A DNA stretch of 63,712 bases, counting the filler, from Octopus bimaculoides (Eukaryota), in assembly GCF_001194135.2 (NCBI RefSeq). It is 6 parts of 6 records of this genome, joined end to end, with 100 filler letters (N's around TTAATTAATTAA, not from the genome) between each part and the next. Parts side by side here need not be neighbours in the genome. Positions count along the whole stretch, not along the records: positions 30,049 to 52,979 come from NC_068983.1; 5 more parts are not named here. One strand, given 5' to 3'. The position numbers were made by a program, and so were the translations under genes. Shown here piece after piece: positions 34,431 to 47,843 of the stretch (positions are counted from its first letter, which is position 1; every line of letters starts with the position of its first letter). The notes under the pieces were generated by a model that was not told where the DNA came from, made no database searches, and saw only the letters and a program-made list of their open reading frames with translations.

Positions 34431-35142
34431 GGGGAAAGAGAGTGTGGGGGAGACAATAAATTAGAAAGAGAGTGGAGTAAAGAGAAGGGGAGGAGAAACA
34501 AAGATATGAAAGCAAAATATTTTAAGTACGAAGCATAATTTCTTTAGCATAAGCTTATTTCTCTTTGAATGTTTCAAGTGTCACGTGAGTAACGTATGTC
34601 ACCATTGGGAGACACATGTTAGTGAGGTGGCTCTAGTTACCCTTTCTCCCCTCCTCCCCTTCCTCCTCACTTTTTTTTTCTCCAACATACACTCAAGAAT
34701 TATTGAATGTTATTATTGTAAGGTAGAAGTTTAATCTTTGTTAAAATTAAATAATAATTTAGTTCTAACTGTGGCATTTTAAATGAACACACTACAACTC
34801 TTTTGTATACAAACGCTTTTGCATACAAACACAAACAGACGCGGGAGCGCACTTATACAGTTCCTACCCCAAATACTGACAGACAGACAGACAAACACAC
34901 AGACAGACACACACACACACACGTATCGGTCCGCTTTCAATCCTGCTTCGTGACATCTTGGGTAAACGCCGTTATCTATAGCCTCATGCAGACTCACTTT
35001 GTGAGTGAAATTGGGTAAACGGAAACTGTACGGAAGCCTGTTGACTAGATTGTTCTGTAATTACAAAAAATGTAAAAGAGGAAGAAAAATAGAAACAGTA
35101 CAGTGTTGACATAACATGTGTCACACTGATTTTTCTAGCAAC

Positions 35143-35342
35143 CGAGGTAGCGAGTTTGGCGGAGTCGTTAACATGCCCTAGCAGTATTTCGTCCATTTTT
35201 ACGTTCTGAGTTTAAATTCCGCCGACTTTGCCTTTGATCCTTTCGGAGTCGATAAAATAAGTAGCAGTTGAGCACTGGAGTCGATGTAATCGACTATCCC
35301 TCTCTCGAAATTGCTGGCCTTGTGTCAAAATTTGAAATCGGT
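35143..35342 (+). mobile_element. SINE family A
   Basis: GCGAGTTTGGCGGAGTCGTTAAC...TTACGTTCTGAGTTTAAATTCCGCC...AAAATTTGAAATC. Confidence 0.85.
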
Positions 35343-35375
35343 ATGCATATATACATGAGCGTGTAAATATATATA

Positions 35376-36625
35376 TATGGTCATCCCATAAATAATTCGG
35401 GTTTTTTCAATTGCCTGAACTAAAAGTCAGAGGGGGACGGGATAAACTACCTGCATCAACTTTTTTTTAGTGCAAGTTTTGAAGAATAGTTCGATTTTAA
35501 CAGTTATTTTTTCAAAGCTATAATGGAAGTAACAAAGGAGCATATTCGGCAGATTTTGCTTTATAAATTCAATAAAGGCAACAATGCAATGGAAAGTGCG
35601 AAGAATATTAATGCAGTGTATGGGGATTGGACAATAAATGTAAGCCAGTGTCAACGGTGGTTCAGAAATTCCGAGCCAGAAACTACAGCCTAAAAGACGA
35701 GCTTCGTCCTGGAAGATCTGTAGAACTCGACGAGGACATCTTGCAAACCCTGGTGGAACAAAATCCCATTGTAACCGTTGAGGAACTAGCAGAGAAGCTT
35801 GGATTTTGTCATTCAACCATTCATCAACAACTGGGTGCCATCGGAAAAGTCATCAAAATGGGTCAATAGCTTCTTCACAAACTTTCCGAGTCTAATCGCG
35901 CGCAGATAGTGAATGTGTGCTCTTCTTTGTTGTCACATCTCACAAATGAACCTTTTTTGGAATGAGTAGAGACTGGTGACGAAAAATGGGTTCTATATAA
36001 AAAGGTCAAGCGCCGAAGTCAGTGGGTAGGGAAAGGAGAAACACCTGCATCTGAGGCTAAAGAAGATCTTCACCCACGTAAGGTGTTGTTATCTGTTTGG
36101 TGGGATATGAAAGGTTTAGTCCACTTTCAACGTTTAAACCCAAACCAAATGATAACAAAGGAGATCTACTGTGAGCAACTTGAGCGGCTTAAGTTAGCGC
36201 AAAAAGAAAAACGACCATCTTTGGTTTCAAGACGAAAGGTGTTCTTCCATCAGGATAATGCTCGGCCACATACAGCGAGGATGGCATTCCAAAGGCTGAA
36301 GCAGTTTGAATGGGAAACGATTCCCCACCCACCATATTCGCCAGATATTGTCCCATCTGATTATCATTTATTTCGCAGTCTTCAAAATCATTTGGACGGA
36401 AAAAATATGAAATCTGTAGATGAGGTCAGAACAGTACTGAAGGAGTATTTTTCATCACGGACAAGTGAATTTTGGAAGAGGGGCCTTGCAAGTCCGCTAG
36501 GTAGTTGGAAGAGCATTGTAGAAAATGAAGGAAAGTATATTTTAGATTTAAAAAGAACTTTGTTTATCTTAATTTTGAAAAATAAAAGAAGTATAAAAAA
36601 CTGCATAATTTATGGGTTGACCCAA
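35376..36625 (+). mobile_element. Near-full-length mariner element (1250 bp) with TIRs
   Basis: Left TATGGTCATCCCATAAATAATTCGG matches rc of the right end TTGGGTCAACCCATAAATTATGCAG. TA context on both sides; contains a transposase pseudogene. Confidence 0.95.
35523..36555 (+). pseudogene. Mariner DD34D transposase, inactivated
   Basis: MEVTKEHIRQILLYKFNKG..., TGDEKW, HQDNARPH, HPPYSPDIVPSDYHLF, with 34 residues between the 2nd and 3rd D. Frameshift near 35660; stops at 35867-69 and ~35963. Confidence 0.95.
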
Positions 36626-36654
36626 TATATATATACACACACACACACACATAT

Positions 36655-36895
36655 CTTTTATTTGTTTCAGTTATTAGACTGTGGAAGTGCTGGGACACCA
36701 CCTTGAAGAGGTTAGTCGAGCAAATCGACTCTAATACTTATTTACTAGCAGTTTATTTCAATACGCCAGGAAGGATGAAAGTAAAAACCTAACCGTGGAA
36801 ATATTTGACCTAATAACGTACATAACTGTAACTAAATATTGGCAAGACAGCAATTAGTTTGTCTGATACTCTAACGATTCTGCCAATTTACCGTC
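36655..36895 (-). mobile_element. SINE family B 3' end joined to a diverged family A copy
   Basis: CTTTTATTTGTTTCAGTTATTAGACTGTGG (B tail), then GAAGGATGAAAG...CTAACGATTCTGCCA (A, rc). Confidence 0.65.
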
Positions 36896-37611
36896 AGTAA
36901 ATTGTTAGGTGATGTGTAGACTTAAATAGGTGCATCGTAATATATACCATAAATAATTAAATAAATGTTATGCGACTTACTTTGCTGTTTATTGTTTTGA
37001 AGTGTCAAGAATCGCCAGATCTCAATTCGGAATATTCAAATGCCATCTTACTGAAATAAATAAATAAATAGATAAATAAATAAACAAACTGATGTTTGTG
37101 CATGCATGTGTGTGTTTGTGCACACACACACACACATATATATGTATGTATATATATATATATATATATATAGTGAATCCAAACAAAGAAGAGCAAACAT
37201 GAAAAAACAACAACGCGAGGACGTGGTACAAGTAATGTATTATCAGACGCTCAGGAAAGGAAAGAAAGAGGATATATATATATATATATANNNNNNNNNN
37301 NNNNNNNNNNNNNNNNNNNNNNNNNNNNNNNNNNNNNNNNNNNNNNNNNNNNNNNNNNNNNNNNNNNNNNNNNNNNNNNGCGCGCACATTACGTTTATCA
37401 ATGGAGTAAGTGGAGCAAGAACACACACGGAAATGAAAAGTGTCGCTGAAGAGGTCACAGATGTGTGACGAAAGATTTCCGGAGAATAGACATAAAATAA
37501 ATAAAAACAGTAATAAATGAGTGAAGAAAAAAATATTTATGTATATAGTGCGTGTGTTTATTTGGCAAACAAAAAAAATAATAAATAAAATGACCATCCC
37601 GAAATACAACA

Positions 37612-37655
<44 letters not shown>

Positions 37656-37939
37656 ATTATGTACATACCTGTACGCATACATACAAAAATTGCGTGCACA
37701 TACACACAAGCGCGCGCATGTACAATTACACATCATTCTACTTTTTTTAACATGCATACTCTGTATTTCTCTTATAAATCATCCTTCTCGAACGCTTCGC
37801 TGTATCAACTACAGTTGAGTCAAAGTGGAGGGGGTAGCCAACTCTCTCAAATTATGAAATTTCTTCTTAAAAAAGAACAATTTGGGTAAAAATAAATTGT
37901 TTTGGTTTGAGGGCGCTTCAGTTAACATTGGTCGGATTT

Positions 37940-38230
37940 CATATCCAACCAGAAACTGGGATGTGTCTTGTTACTTGTATGCCTCGAGAGTGCCTATTCA
38001 GGCTGCCTAGCCATTTTGCTCGACTTTCCAAATTAGACCCTGCTTACCGTATTGGTCGACTACATACATGCCACATGATTACGGCTGATGAGGAGATATC
38101 TTGGGGAGATTGGGACTGACTGAGACTATCCTCGACTGGTCAGCCAGGAGAACTTGAGAATGTACCAACAAATGATAACTACAGCAACTTGCTGCAACGG
38201 TGCATGCCCCTACACCTAGCCTGACCTCAG
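37940..38230 (+). pseudogene. RTE-clade LINE 3' end fossil
   Basis: RIGRLHT...ISWG..L....QENLRM / LLQR..PLHLA resembles the RTE C-terminal GRP..RW.D....W.RLG....EL........LL..LPPRP pattern. Heavily degraded. Confidence 0.4.
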
Positions 38231-38767
38231 TTTGGATATACAATCTATGAATGATATACAGTGTATGAATGAATGAATAAATAAATAAATAAAAAGATGT
38301 ATGTCTGGTACATCCTTGATCGAGAGGATGTTCATCTGCTACTGAACTATGGTTAAACAACAATAAACTATTTTTGAATGAAAAATTTTTGAAATTATTA
38401 TTGGTAAATCAAACCACTTGTCTTCTTGGATTTTTTTAAATAGAACTTTCTATAAGTTCTATTTAATAGATCTTTCTAAAAGTTCTCTCAAGTTCAGCAG
38501 CTCAATAACAAGAGAGATGGGCATAGCCAGTAATGGAGTAACAAACGAGATAGATAGTCAGTCGAGCAGACAGTGCAATATAGAGAAGGATGGAAGAAAG
38601 AAAAACAGAGATAGTGCTAGAAAAAGAGAATGATAGAGCAGTACTAAAGAGAGGAGTTATGAGAAACATAATATGCTAAAATAACATAAGTGTAGAAAGC
38701 CAGTGAATCATAGATGGAATGATAGAGATACAAAGAAAGTGTGTGTATGTGGTAGAAAGAGAGAGAG

Positions 38768-38806
<39 letters not shown>

Positions 38807-39577
38807 GAGAAATGCTTGCCAATAAAAGCAAAGTTCTTGGGGGTACACGTTAGGACAGGCGACAAGAAAATATAGCAAAGTTTGAACCATAAAGTCTAGG
38901 AATTACAGCATTGGAGAGTAATATAAACCGCGCGTCATTTTTGATGGGGACAAAATCTCCCAGAAGCTCAGCCTACATCTTATAAACATGCAATCAGATC
39001 TTCGGTTTCCTCCAAGTGATGGTTTAAAATGAACTGGAAATATCTCACGAAACTACTTCCGAGAGGTATTAGTGTTTCATGTGCATATGCTAACACTGTA
39101 TATTGATATATACTTCATATATAATAACAGATTGAGAAATAGTGACCTGGTACAGAAACAAACTAGCGGTCGTTTGGATACTAAACTTTACATCCTGTGC
39201 TTGGTCCAGTGATCATCAACGCAAGATACCGACATAAAATTGTAACTTATGCCTGATGAACCACGGTAAGACAGACATTCTTCATAAAACAGAGATTTTA
39301 CTAGAAATATAATATTTCAGTGATAGACACTGACTTTATTGTTGAGTGAATAGGCATTCAAATCTAAAAATTTTCAGATTACCTTAACTGCAAAATAATG
39401 GAGTTGCAGAGAAGGGATGCCTATAAAGCTGCTTACAAGTTAGTATTACTTCTGACCGTTTTTCGGCTGGATGTTTCAATTACCGAGTGTGCATAGAATG
39501 TTGGACAGTGGTACTGGAAGCGATGAATTTCAGAAAGAGAAATGCGTGAAAACTATCTATCTATCTATCTATGTATG

Positions 39578-39626
<49 letters not shown>

Positions 39627-39759
39627 ATCTTTTTTTTCCATTTTTTAACAGTTTACTAATTAGCTAATCAAAAATACATTCATTTATGAACTTAGTCGAA
39701 ATTCCGCTAGACTCATTATCCATAATTTTGTGCCTTCTGTTCACCTTCAATCCTCATCA

Positions 39760-40070
39760 AATGTATTTTCATCTATTGTTTCATCTTCTATCTGTCATAT
39801 TCCTCTTTAAAGTAGTTTACTCTTGTAGCATTTACTACATGACCTGGGAAACTATTCCACTCATTAAGGATAAAAAAGCGACCAAACAAATCACTGATGT
39901 CTTTATAACATTGTTTCTTATAAAATACATAATTTTGGCCTTTACATTTTTTTAAAAGATTCATATTGAAAATCGGCAATCGATTCAGTGAATTGTAGTA
40001 GAGATGAAAGTCTGGAGGTGAAATGCACATGACATTCTATCCAGAATTAAATCTAAGAGTTTCTTGGAAG
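39760..40070 (-). pseudogene. CR1/L2-type LINE ORF2 C-terminal fossil
   Basis: FFILNEWNSFPGHVVNATRVNYFKEEYDR matches the conserved RVVN.WNSLP..VV.A.S...FK..LD motif. Confidence 0.75.
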
Positions 40071-40389
40071 GTCACTCAATAAGTTATTGGTAATGATGAG
40101 TGTTTTGTATGTGTTTGTTCTTTGTTTCGGTTTGCCATGCTTATGACCTTAAATATATAGATCAAAACATCACTTGAAAAAGACATTTAATTTAGACAGA
40201 GAATACAAACATTTATTGCCTCTTACAGCTGTTTCTAAAATAGCCAAGCATGTGGATCCTCATATTGAATAGGGATTCAACAAGCTGAGAATTCCATCAT
40301 TGGAAAGGGAGAGGTCACTGCCCACTTTCTCTGTTGATCTCGCTCCGTTCGTGGAAGTCTCCACTCAGTCTCTTTCTATTCTATCATTC

Positions 40390-40398
40390 CTTAGAGAT

Positions 40399-40429
<31 letters not shown>

Positions 40430-40461
40430 GATAGATGGATAGTTAGACAGACAGGTAGACG

Positions 40462-40499
<38 letters not shown>

Positions 40500-40557
40500 T
40501 AGATAGATAGATAGATATATAGATAGATAGATAGATAGTTAGACAGACAGGTAGACG

Positions 40558-40591
<34 letters not shown>

Positions 40592-40600
40592 GGGAGATGA
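40390..40600. repeat. Compound (GATA)n/(GACA)n with a higher-order duplicated unit
   Basis: GATAGTTAGACAGACAGGTAGACGGATAG occurs twice. Confidence 0.85.
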
Positions 40601-41999
40601 AGAGAGAAAGAGAGAGTGAGAATGAAAAAAAGAAAGTTGAAACAACTACTCTCTCTCACCTTTCTGTCTTTCTACATCCCTTTTCCTGACAGACAATAGA
40701 GTCTTATTTGGTTGTTCTTTCTCAATATAAATGGCATACAGACTACCATGTGAGATGGCGCACAATTTCATTTCGTGGGTATACGTTTTCTAGTTTCTGA
40801 ATACAAGACAGTCATGCATACAGACAATTCACGCTCGCGCGCACATTTACATACACAATAGAGAAATATGGTTGTATATTCATAACAAGAGAAGTGAGTA
40901 CGTATATGCCAGTGTATGTGCTGTACGTTTTTATCAAATGTGTGTGTAAAAAAGAAAACTAGTGCATTTGAAGTCAACATCATGCTTCAATGAATTTGTC
41001 CTCGCTTTCTTTTTTTTATATACTTTCCTTTCTTTGCATTCAACTTTCGTCTTTTTATCTTAATCGTCTTCATTTTTTGACCTTTCATCCTTTCTTTCTT
41101 ACATCCTTTCTTCTCTCAATGAATATGTGTGTGTGTGTATATGTGTATGTTTGTGTGTATATATAAACGTGTGTGCGTGTGTATGTATGTACGTGTGCAT
41201 TCATGTATGTATGTACATATATATTACCTTTTCAAAAATGTTCATCCATTCGCTGCTTTAGTTCCTTTCACAAATTCTCCCTGTTCACCTTTCGGCTACG
41301 CCATTCAATATGTGATTTCTCCTATCTACCTTAACCTGTTTTACTGGCTGACTCCTCCTTGTCTATGTGGTGTCGGGTCGTCTGTGAATGTGTATGCGTG
41401 TTTATGTATCTATGTGTGTGTGTGTGTATACAAAAGCATCGGGTTGACCCTAGCCTTGAAAATGAAGTCTGGTAGACGGAAATCGTAAGGAAGTCCGTCG
41501 GGTGGACTATAGCTGTAAAACCAAAAGGCTAGACTTCTCATGTACGCCAGGTCTGACCGAGAATTACGTTTGTGACATACTCAGCCATCTACTTTATATT
41601 TCAATGAGCCGTGAGTACAGTAGTTCGAACAACTTGAGTACTCATCGTCATATATATGCAATCATACATACGCACACATAAATACACATACAGACACATA
41701 CACACATGTACATTTTAATGGTTTTGTTCTCTGGAAATATATGTGGAAATGTCAACGATTCACTGACTATTTTGAAAGAATTCATACTTCTACACAATCC
41801 AACCATTCTCGCTCGTATACACATACATCACTCATTGTTTCTTTGTTTGCTAGTTTCTTTCTTTCTGATCTTTCTTTCTAGTTCTCCCCTTCTTTCTTTC
41901 TCTCTATTCCTTCTGTTTCGAACACTTTCTCGTCTGTACCTACTCAAGAACTTAATAATTTATTAATAATTTACTTAGTAATAATTTCCAGCATAAGCA

Positions 42000-42760
42000 T
42001 AAGTTCTCATATTTTGAAGGTGATGGTGTTAATCAATTTTGTCAATTTCAGTACTTTCTTGTACTTTATTTTATCGATCCTAGAACGGTGATTGGCAAAG
42101 GGTATTTCGATGAGATTTGAACTCAGAACATAAAAGAACGTAACTGAATGTTGCGAGTCATTTTGTCAGACTGTCTAATGATTGCAGCTGTCTGCCTCAA
42201 TAATTATAATAATGGTTCGAAATTTTAGCACGAGGCTAGAAATTTTAAGTAGAGTGGTAAGTCGATTACATCAACTCCAGTATTCAACTGTTATTTATTT
42301 AATCGATATCGAAAGAATGAAAGGCAAAATCAACCTCGGCGGAATTTGAACACAAAACGTAAAGCCAGGACCAATGTTACAAAACATTTTGTCCTACTCG
42401 CAAAGATTCTGCCAGCTTGCAGCTTGGCACAATGTTAGTAAATTTAGCGGGAAGGTGGTAGTCGATTACATTCACTCCACTATTTTACTGGTAGTCTATT
42501 TTATCGATCCGGAAGGATGAGAGGCAAAGTTGACCTCGGTGGGTTTCGAACTTAGCACGTAAAAAGTTGGGACAGATCCCGTAAGACTGATACCGTAAGA
42601 TATCCGGTGACCTAACGATACTCCTTTCAGCACAAGGCCTGGAATTTAGGAGAAGGTAATCAATAAAACTGAACCTGTACTTTACTGGTACTTCATTTTA
42701 TCGATTTCGATGAAACTTGAACCTAGAGTGCAAAGACAGGCGTAACTAAAGACACACTAC
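42000..42760 (-). mobile_element. Four head-to-tail, diverged SINE family A copies
   Basis: Units at ~42000-42200, 42212-42425, 42426-42625 and 42625-42760. Each has TTTTATCGAT or a close variant, and most have TGAAC/GCAAAG blocks. Confidence 0.75.
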
Positions 42761-42769
42761 CAATCCTCT

Positions 42770-43020
42770 CAACTATCGATTTTTGCTGGAGGACACTTGC
42801 TGGCAAGGATTCCCTATATGGTTGATTGACCTATTTGAAATAGCAGCTGACTCTCCTTCAAATCCCACTCTACCATCTTGGAAAAAGGGACGTTGGATAA
42901 TGTAGTTTTGGGTTCCTTGCAAATAGGAAGAAAACGGGATTGATACGACTGAGATACCTTTGGTTTAAGGTCTGCCTGATTAGAGCAAACCTAGACCTAA
43001 AAACAACAGCAATAACAAAC
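42770..43020 (+). repeat. Dispersed repeat family F (longest copy)
   Basis: GAAATAGCAGCTGACTCTCCTTCAAATCCCAC...GAAAAAGGGACGTTGGATAATGTAG...GGTCTGCCTGATTAGAGC...AACAACAGC. Partial copies at 48700-48830 and 49965-50050. Confidence 0.6.
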
Positions 43021-43149
43021 CTTGTCCTAAAGATAGATTTCTAGCCTAGATACAGGACCACACGGTTTAGAGGAGGAGATGTATAGTTATTTATAATATC
43101 TAGTATATGACTGTAAGTTAATTTAATGCCAATATCATTTCAAATTTGT

Positions 43150-43182
<33 letters not shown>

Positions 43183-43363
43183 GTGTAGGTGCGGGAGTTT
43201 ACTTTTGTTCCATTTTGACCCTAATACATACGAGAGGTCTTCAGGTACGTGTCATACTCGAATTCATAGGGTTTACGGGTTTCTAAGATAACGGATTCAT
43301 TCAGGTGTGTTTTGTTCAACCATACCGAGGATTGTTTCTTAAACTGATGATATCTACTTTGTC

Positions 43364-43406
<43 letters not shown>

Positions 43407-43666
43407 GTCTCCTTCCCTCTCCGTTATGCCCCATTGTCTCTCTTTGTATTTATAGTGTTTATTAATGTATTAATCTTTACATCTTTATAGTCAGTATTAA
43501 TGTTTACAAATTTATATTCATATTTGTTTTTGCTGTTATATTTTTATGTCTTTATAACTAATACTCATATAAACTCGAGCCTTCTCTCAATACAAACGCA
43601 TGAACACACACACAAACATATAATATATGTGTATCTGCGTGTTTATTATGTATGTGGGTACATATG

Positions 43667-43708
<42 letters not shown>

Positions 43709-44199
43709 TAGATAGATAGATAGATAGATATACATATATAATTTTAAAACAAGTTTCAGAATGACAATGACAGTTGCTGATGAGGTGGGGATCAAAACTG
43801 AGAATAGAGTCAAGTGCATTGTAGAATTCGAGTTGACTGGGACTTCAAATTTCATCAGACAGAGCACGTTTATTTCAGGCGTGCGTGTGTGTATCAGATG
43901 AACGCACACATGAACACGCACACACGCACACGCACTCATACATACATCTCCATTTCAAGCACGCAAGAGAACGCTTCATATTTTCACACACAAATCCACC
44001 TGTAATATATTTCTTCTGTCATAAAGAAACACACGTGTATACCATCTGATATACACATATATAACAATGCCATTTTTTTTTTAATGACCAAATGACTAGA
44101 TAAATAAATGTATCTTAAACGCACAACCCTAATTTAATTACTGATTTTCTTACATGAATAAGGTCTTCTTACATTATCACAATTTCAATCATTTTGCTT

Positions 44200-45235
44200 T
44201 ATCGTGTACGTTCGGAATCTTTTGTGGATCTATTGTAGATCTTTTGCAACTCTGTGGTGGATCTACTGGAAAGTTTTGGTGCATCTCTACTAGATCTAAC
44301 TGTACAAGACTTTTTTACACACACACACGCAAATATATATACATGCATATAATGAACTTGTCTCCCTGTAGTCTAAGTATAGGGGACCTGTATAACTCTA
44401 GTGGACCGTTTTTTAAAATTATAGTGGATCTGTCTAGCTGCTATTGATCTAACTGTAAGGAACCCGTCTAACTGTAGTGGATTTATCTATTGCTGATCTG
44501 TTAGATGCATATTGGTGATATGTTTTAGATATAGTTTGATGGATATTTTGTAGATATGTCGCTAACCGCGGATAAAAATATTGTACATCTGTTACAAATT
44601 TATGTTGGAGTCCATTCAAAGTCCTTATGCAAACATGGTGAAATCAATGATAGCTATAATGTGTATCTGTTGTGAAACTGTTGTAAATATGTTGCGGGCA
44701 TACTGTTATGTAGTGGCTACATAAATCTCAGGAATATTTTCTGTAACTATTACGGATATTATTGCTCACCTTCGATATGTTGTGAATATGCTGCATCTCT
44801 GTTGTGTATTTGTTATGAATATATTATGTTCTTGTTGCTGAGATGTCAGGAATATTTCCTGTAATCGTTGTTTAACTATTGTGGATATTTTGTGTATAAA
44901 CAATTTATTTGTTATCTATGATGCAAATATGTTGTGCGAACCCTGTGTGTCGTGTATATATCATGAACATATTGAGTTCTTGGCGCTGATATATTATCAA
45001 TATATTGTGTGTCTGTTATGGATATATTGCCTGTTTGTTACCTATCTGCTGTATATCTGTTATACATTTCTTGTTTATCTCCTGTAGAAATCTTGTGAAT
45101 ATGCTGTTGTCCTCTTGTGATTTTATTGTATATTTGTTATGTAACTGTTTTGGATATGCTGTGCATCTGTAGTGGATATGTTATAGATCTGTTGTGGTTC
45201 AGTGCTGAATTTGGTGTGGACCTATCTTTGATGTG
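44200..45235. repeat. Degenerate short-period repeat (GTGGATCT / GATATGTTGT-like)
   Basis: Recurrent GTGGAT(C/A)T, TAGATCT, CTGTTGTG and GAATATG motifs over ~1 kb, with strong G/T strand bias. Confidence 0.6.
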
Positions 45236-45250
45236 AATATTAAAAAGATC

Positions 45251-45410
45251 TAAGGCGACGAGTTGGCTGAATCGTCAGCACGCCGGGGAAAAATTCTTAG
45301 CAGCATTTCGTCCGTCTTCGCGTTCTGAGTTCAAAATCCACCAAGGTCAACTTTACCTTTCATCCATTCGCGGATGTCGATAAAATAAGTATCAGTTGAG
45401 CACTGATGTG
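45251..45410 (+). mobile_element. SINE family A, 3'-truncated
   Basis: AAGGCGACGAGTTGGCTGAATCGTCAGCACGCCGGG...CAAGGTCAACTTTACCTTTCATCC. Confidence 0.85.
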
Positions 45411-45926
45411 GATTTTTTCTGTAAGATACGGACGGCATTATTTTTTAAAATTTGTAAACGATTGTGCTTTGTGAAAATCTACCCAGATAATATTTGTTGT
45501 TACTCTTTTATCTTTTAAGCTCCACATATATTTAGAGAGTGCAGAGGTGTAAAATGGTTAACAGAATGATCTATTATATTGATTCAAGCTACTTTTGAAT
45601 GAATGCTTTCTGAGTTCTATGTATTTGGTTGAAATGTTATTTGTGGAAACACTGGCGTAACATACAGCTTCCATAAACGTTTCTACTTCTTTTCCCAATC
45701 ACCCATCATCCATCCCGTATTTATGTATATACGCACCGTATTGGGTTTATTGATGTTTTCTTGACACATTTTTGACACATTTTTGTATATAAGCGAACGT
45801 GTTATGTATGTATATATGCCTATATTTATATAACAATGTAGAAATATTGTCATGTCTATATATGGAGGGACATGTGTATGTATATCCACTTATGGCTATG
45901 TATATGTATGTTATGTATATATATAC

Positions 45927-45959
<33 letters not shown>

Positions 45960-46737
45960 TGCGTATGTGTCTGATTGTGAGTGGAAATGTACAGTCTCAT
46001 AGATAAATTTCAACTATTTGCACATATATATGCATCTACAGACATGAATGTGCATATCATTCTTATATAAGTTGCTTACATACATTAACATCCAATTGGC
46101 CAAAGAAAAGTACAACAAAAAACCCCAAAAGCTAAAAAATAAACCAATGACTTCCTTCCTTCCTTCCTTCCTTACACTGATCGATAATTCCGTTCCCTCT
46201 TTCTCATTTATATGGTCTCACTATCTTCAGCCTGATAGTCTTTTCTTTCTTTTCTTCCTTTCTCTCTATTATCAGTTCTCTGCATCTATTTCATTATTTC
46301 CATTCTCTCATGAATTAAGAAAAAAAAAAAAAAAATAGAAAGGTAAAAATGTTCTCGCTCGTCAAAAAGAGAGAAAGTAAAGACAGCTACAAACACCTCG
46401 ACACCTCCAGGCCCAACGGTATACCGACTTTTTGCAATTTATAGTTCATCAATAATAATAATTTTTGCCGATGTAAACCATCACTAGTTCACCTAGTTTC
46501 TTTTATACATACATGCATGCATACATACATACATACATACATACATACTGTTGTGTCGACGCCCCCAGGCGAAGAAGTAGGATCTCCCAAGACATATAAA
46601 TAGAGGTAGTCTAGTCTGGCCATGGTAGGAGTGTTGAGTAGCAGTTGTGTAGCGGTTGAGTAGAGATCATCCGAAGGTGCTAGATAGCAGTAGCTTGAGA
46701 CATCATGCATACATACATACATACATACATACATACA

Positions 46738-46892
46738 TTCTCTCCTTGTTTCTTTCTGTATTCCTTTCTGTGGAAGAGTGTAGGCTTGAAACGTTAAAGA
46801 CTTTTTCACTTCGCGAGCGTTATACTAATACATCTGTTTGTTGTCTACACCACCTGTCTTCGTCTTTTGTTTTTTTTGTGAATTCTCCCCAT
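46738..46892 (+). mobile_element. Hammerhead-bearing module, copy 2, inside (TACA)n
   Basis: Motif at 46764-46799: CTTT-CTGTGGA-A-GAGT-GTAG-GCTT-GAAA-CGT-T-AAAG. Downstream sequence is collinear with 14340-14432. Confidence 0.7.
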
Positions 46893-47024
46893 ACATACAT
46901 ACATACATACATACACACATGCACATATACATACACACATACATGCATTCACACACACTTGTACAGACACACAATCATACACTCATACATACATAAAAAG
47001 ACACTACACGCTTACGCATTACTA

Positions 47025-47290
47025 CAGGCGTGTGACCTATGTGTTATAATGTTGGACTCGCAGTGATTACAAAGTTGTCGGTTCGATTCGTGGACGTGGC
47101 GGCACATTTGTCTCTTGAGCAAAGGATATTATTTCACATTGCTCACTTCCACTCAGCTGAAAATGAGTACCAGCCGACAGTTGGTGCAGCTTTCCTCCCT
47201 CCTCCCTCTACCCGATGTTCCACTAGGTTCATGGAGCGGGTGGAATGGGGTGGCGAGAAAAGTCACAATTACCATTAGCGAACGCGTAGT
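47025..47290 (+). mobile_element. tRNA-headed SINE (family C/E-type head)
   Basis: GGCGTGTGACCTATGTG...GGTTCGATTCG...TTGAGCAAAGG..TTTCACATTGCTC...CCACTCAGCTGAAAATGAGTAC. Confidence 0.65.
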
Positions 47291-47787
47291 ACATGTTACC
47301 AGGTCATATTCACTTGCGAGTTCGTGAGCGACGGTTATACATGTATTACATGTATTAATGTCGTTGTCTGAATGGGTGTGTATACGTAGAATGTGTGTAT
47401 GTGGATGTACGCGTTAAGCTGTGTGTATACGCGAGCGAGCGTTTGTATCTTTGGCCAACGTTTATTGGCGAAAGATGTACACATTAGCTAGAAAATCGAT
47501 AAAGCAGTCCGTTCGTACGAACAATAAGCAAATATTTATATAAAATAAAACAAATAGAATAAAAATAAATAAAAATAAAAATAAATATTATAGTATTTAA
47601 TCTGCCCGAGTTGCACAGATATTCAACTGTCACGCTGACCATCATAAATGCATAAAATCAGAGATTGGCCAGTTGGAAATCTATAGTCAATGACACCATT
47701 GTTAACAAAATACACAATATAAAATACAGCAAATGAAATATCTATCTATCTATCTATCTATATATATATATATACATTTATATATAC

Positions 47788-47843
<56 letters not shown>

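Noticed and set aside
43770-43865. Two opposed CTGATGA motifs (43777+, ~43853-) as hammerheads or box C/D elements
   Set aside because: No GAAA, stem I fails, and there are no terminal stem or D-box partners.
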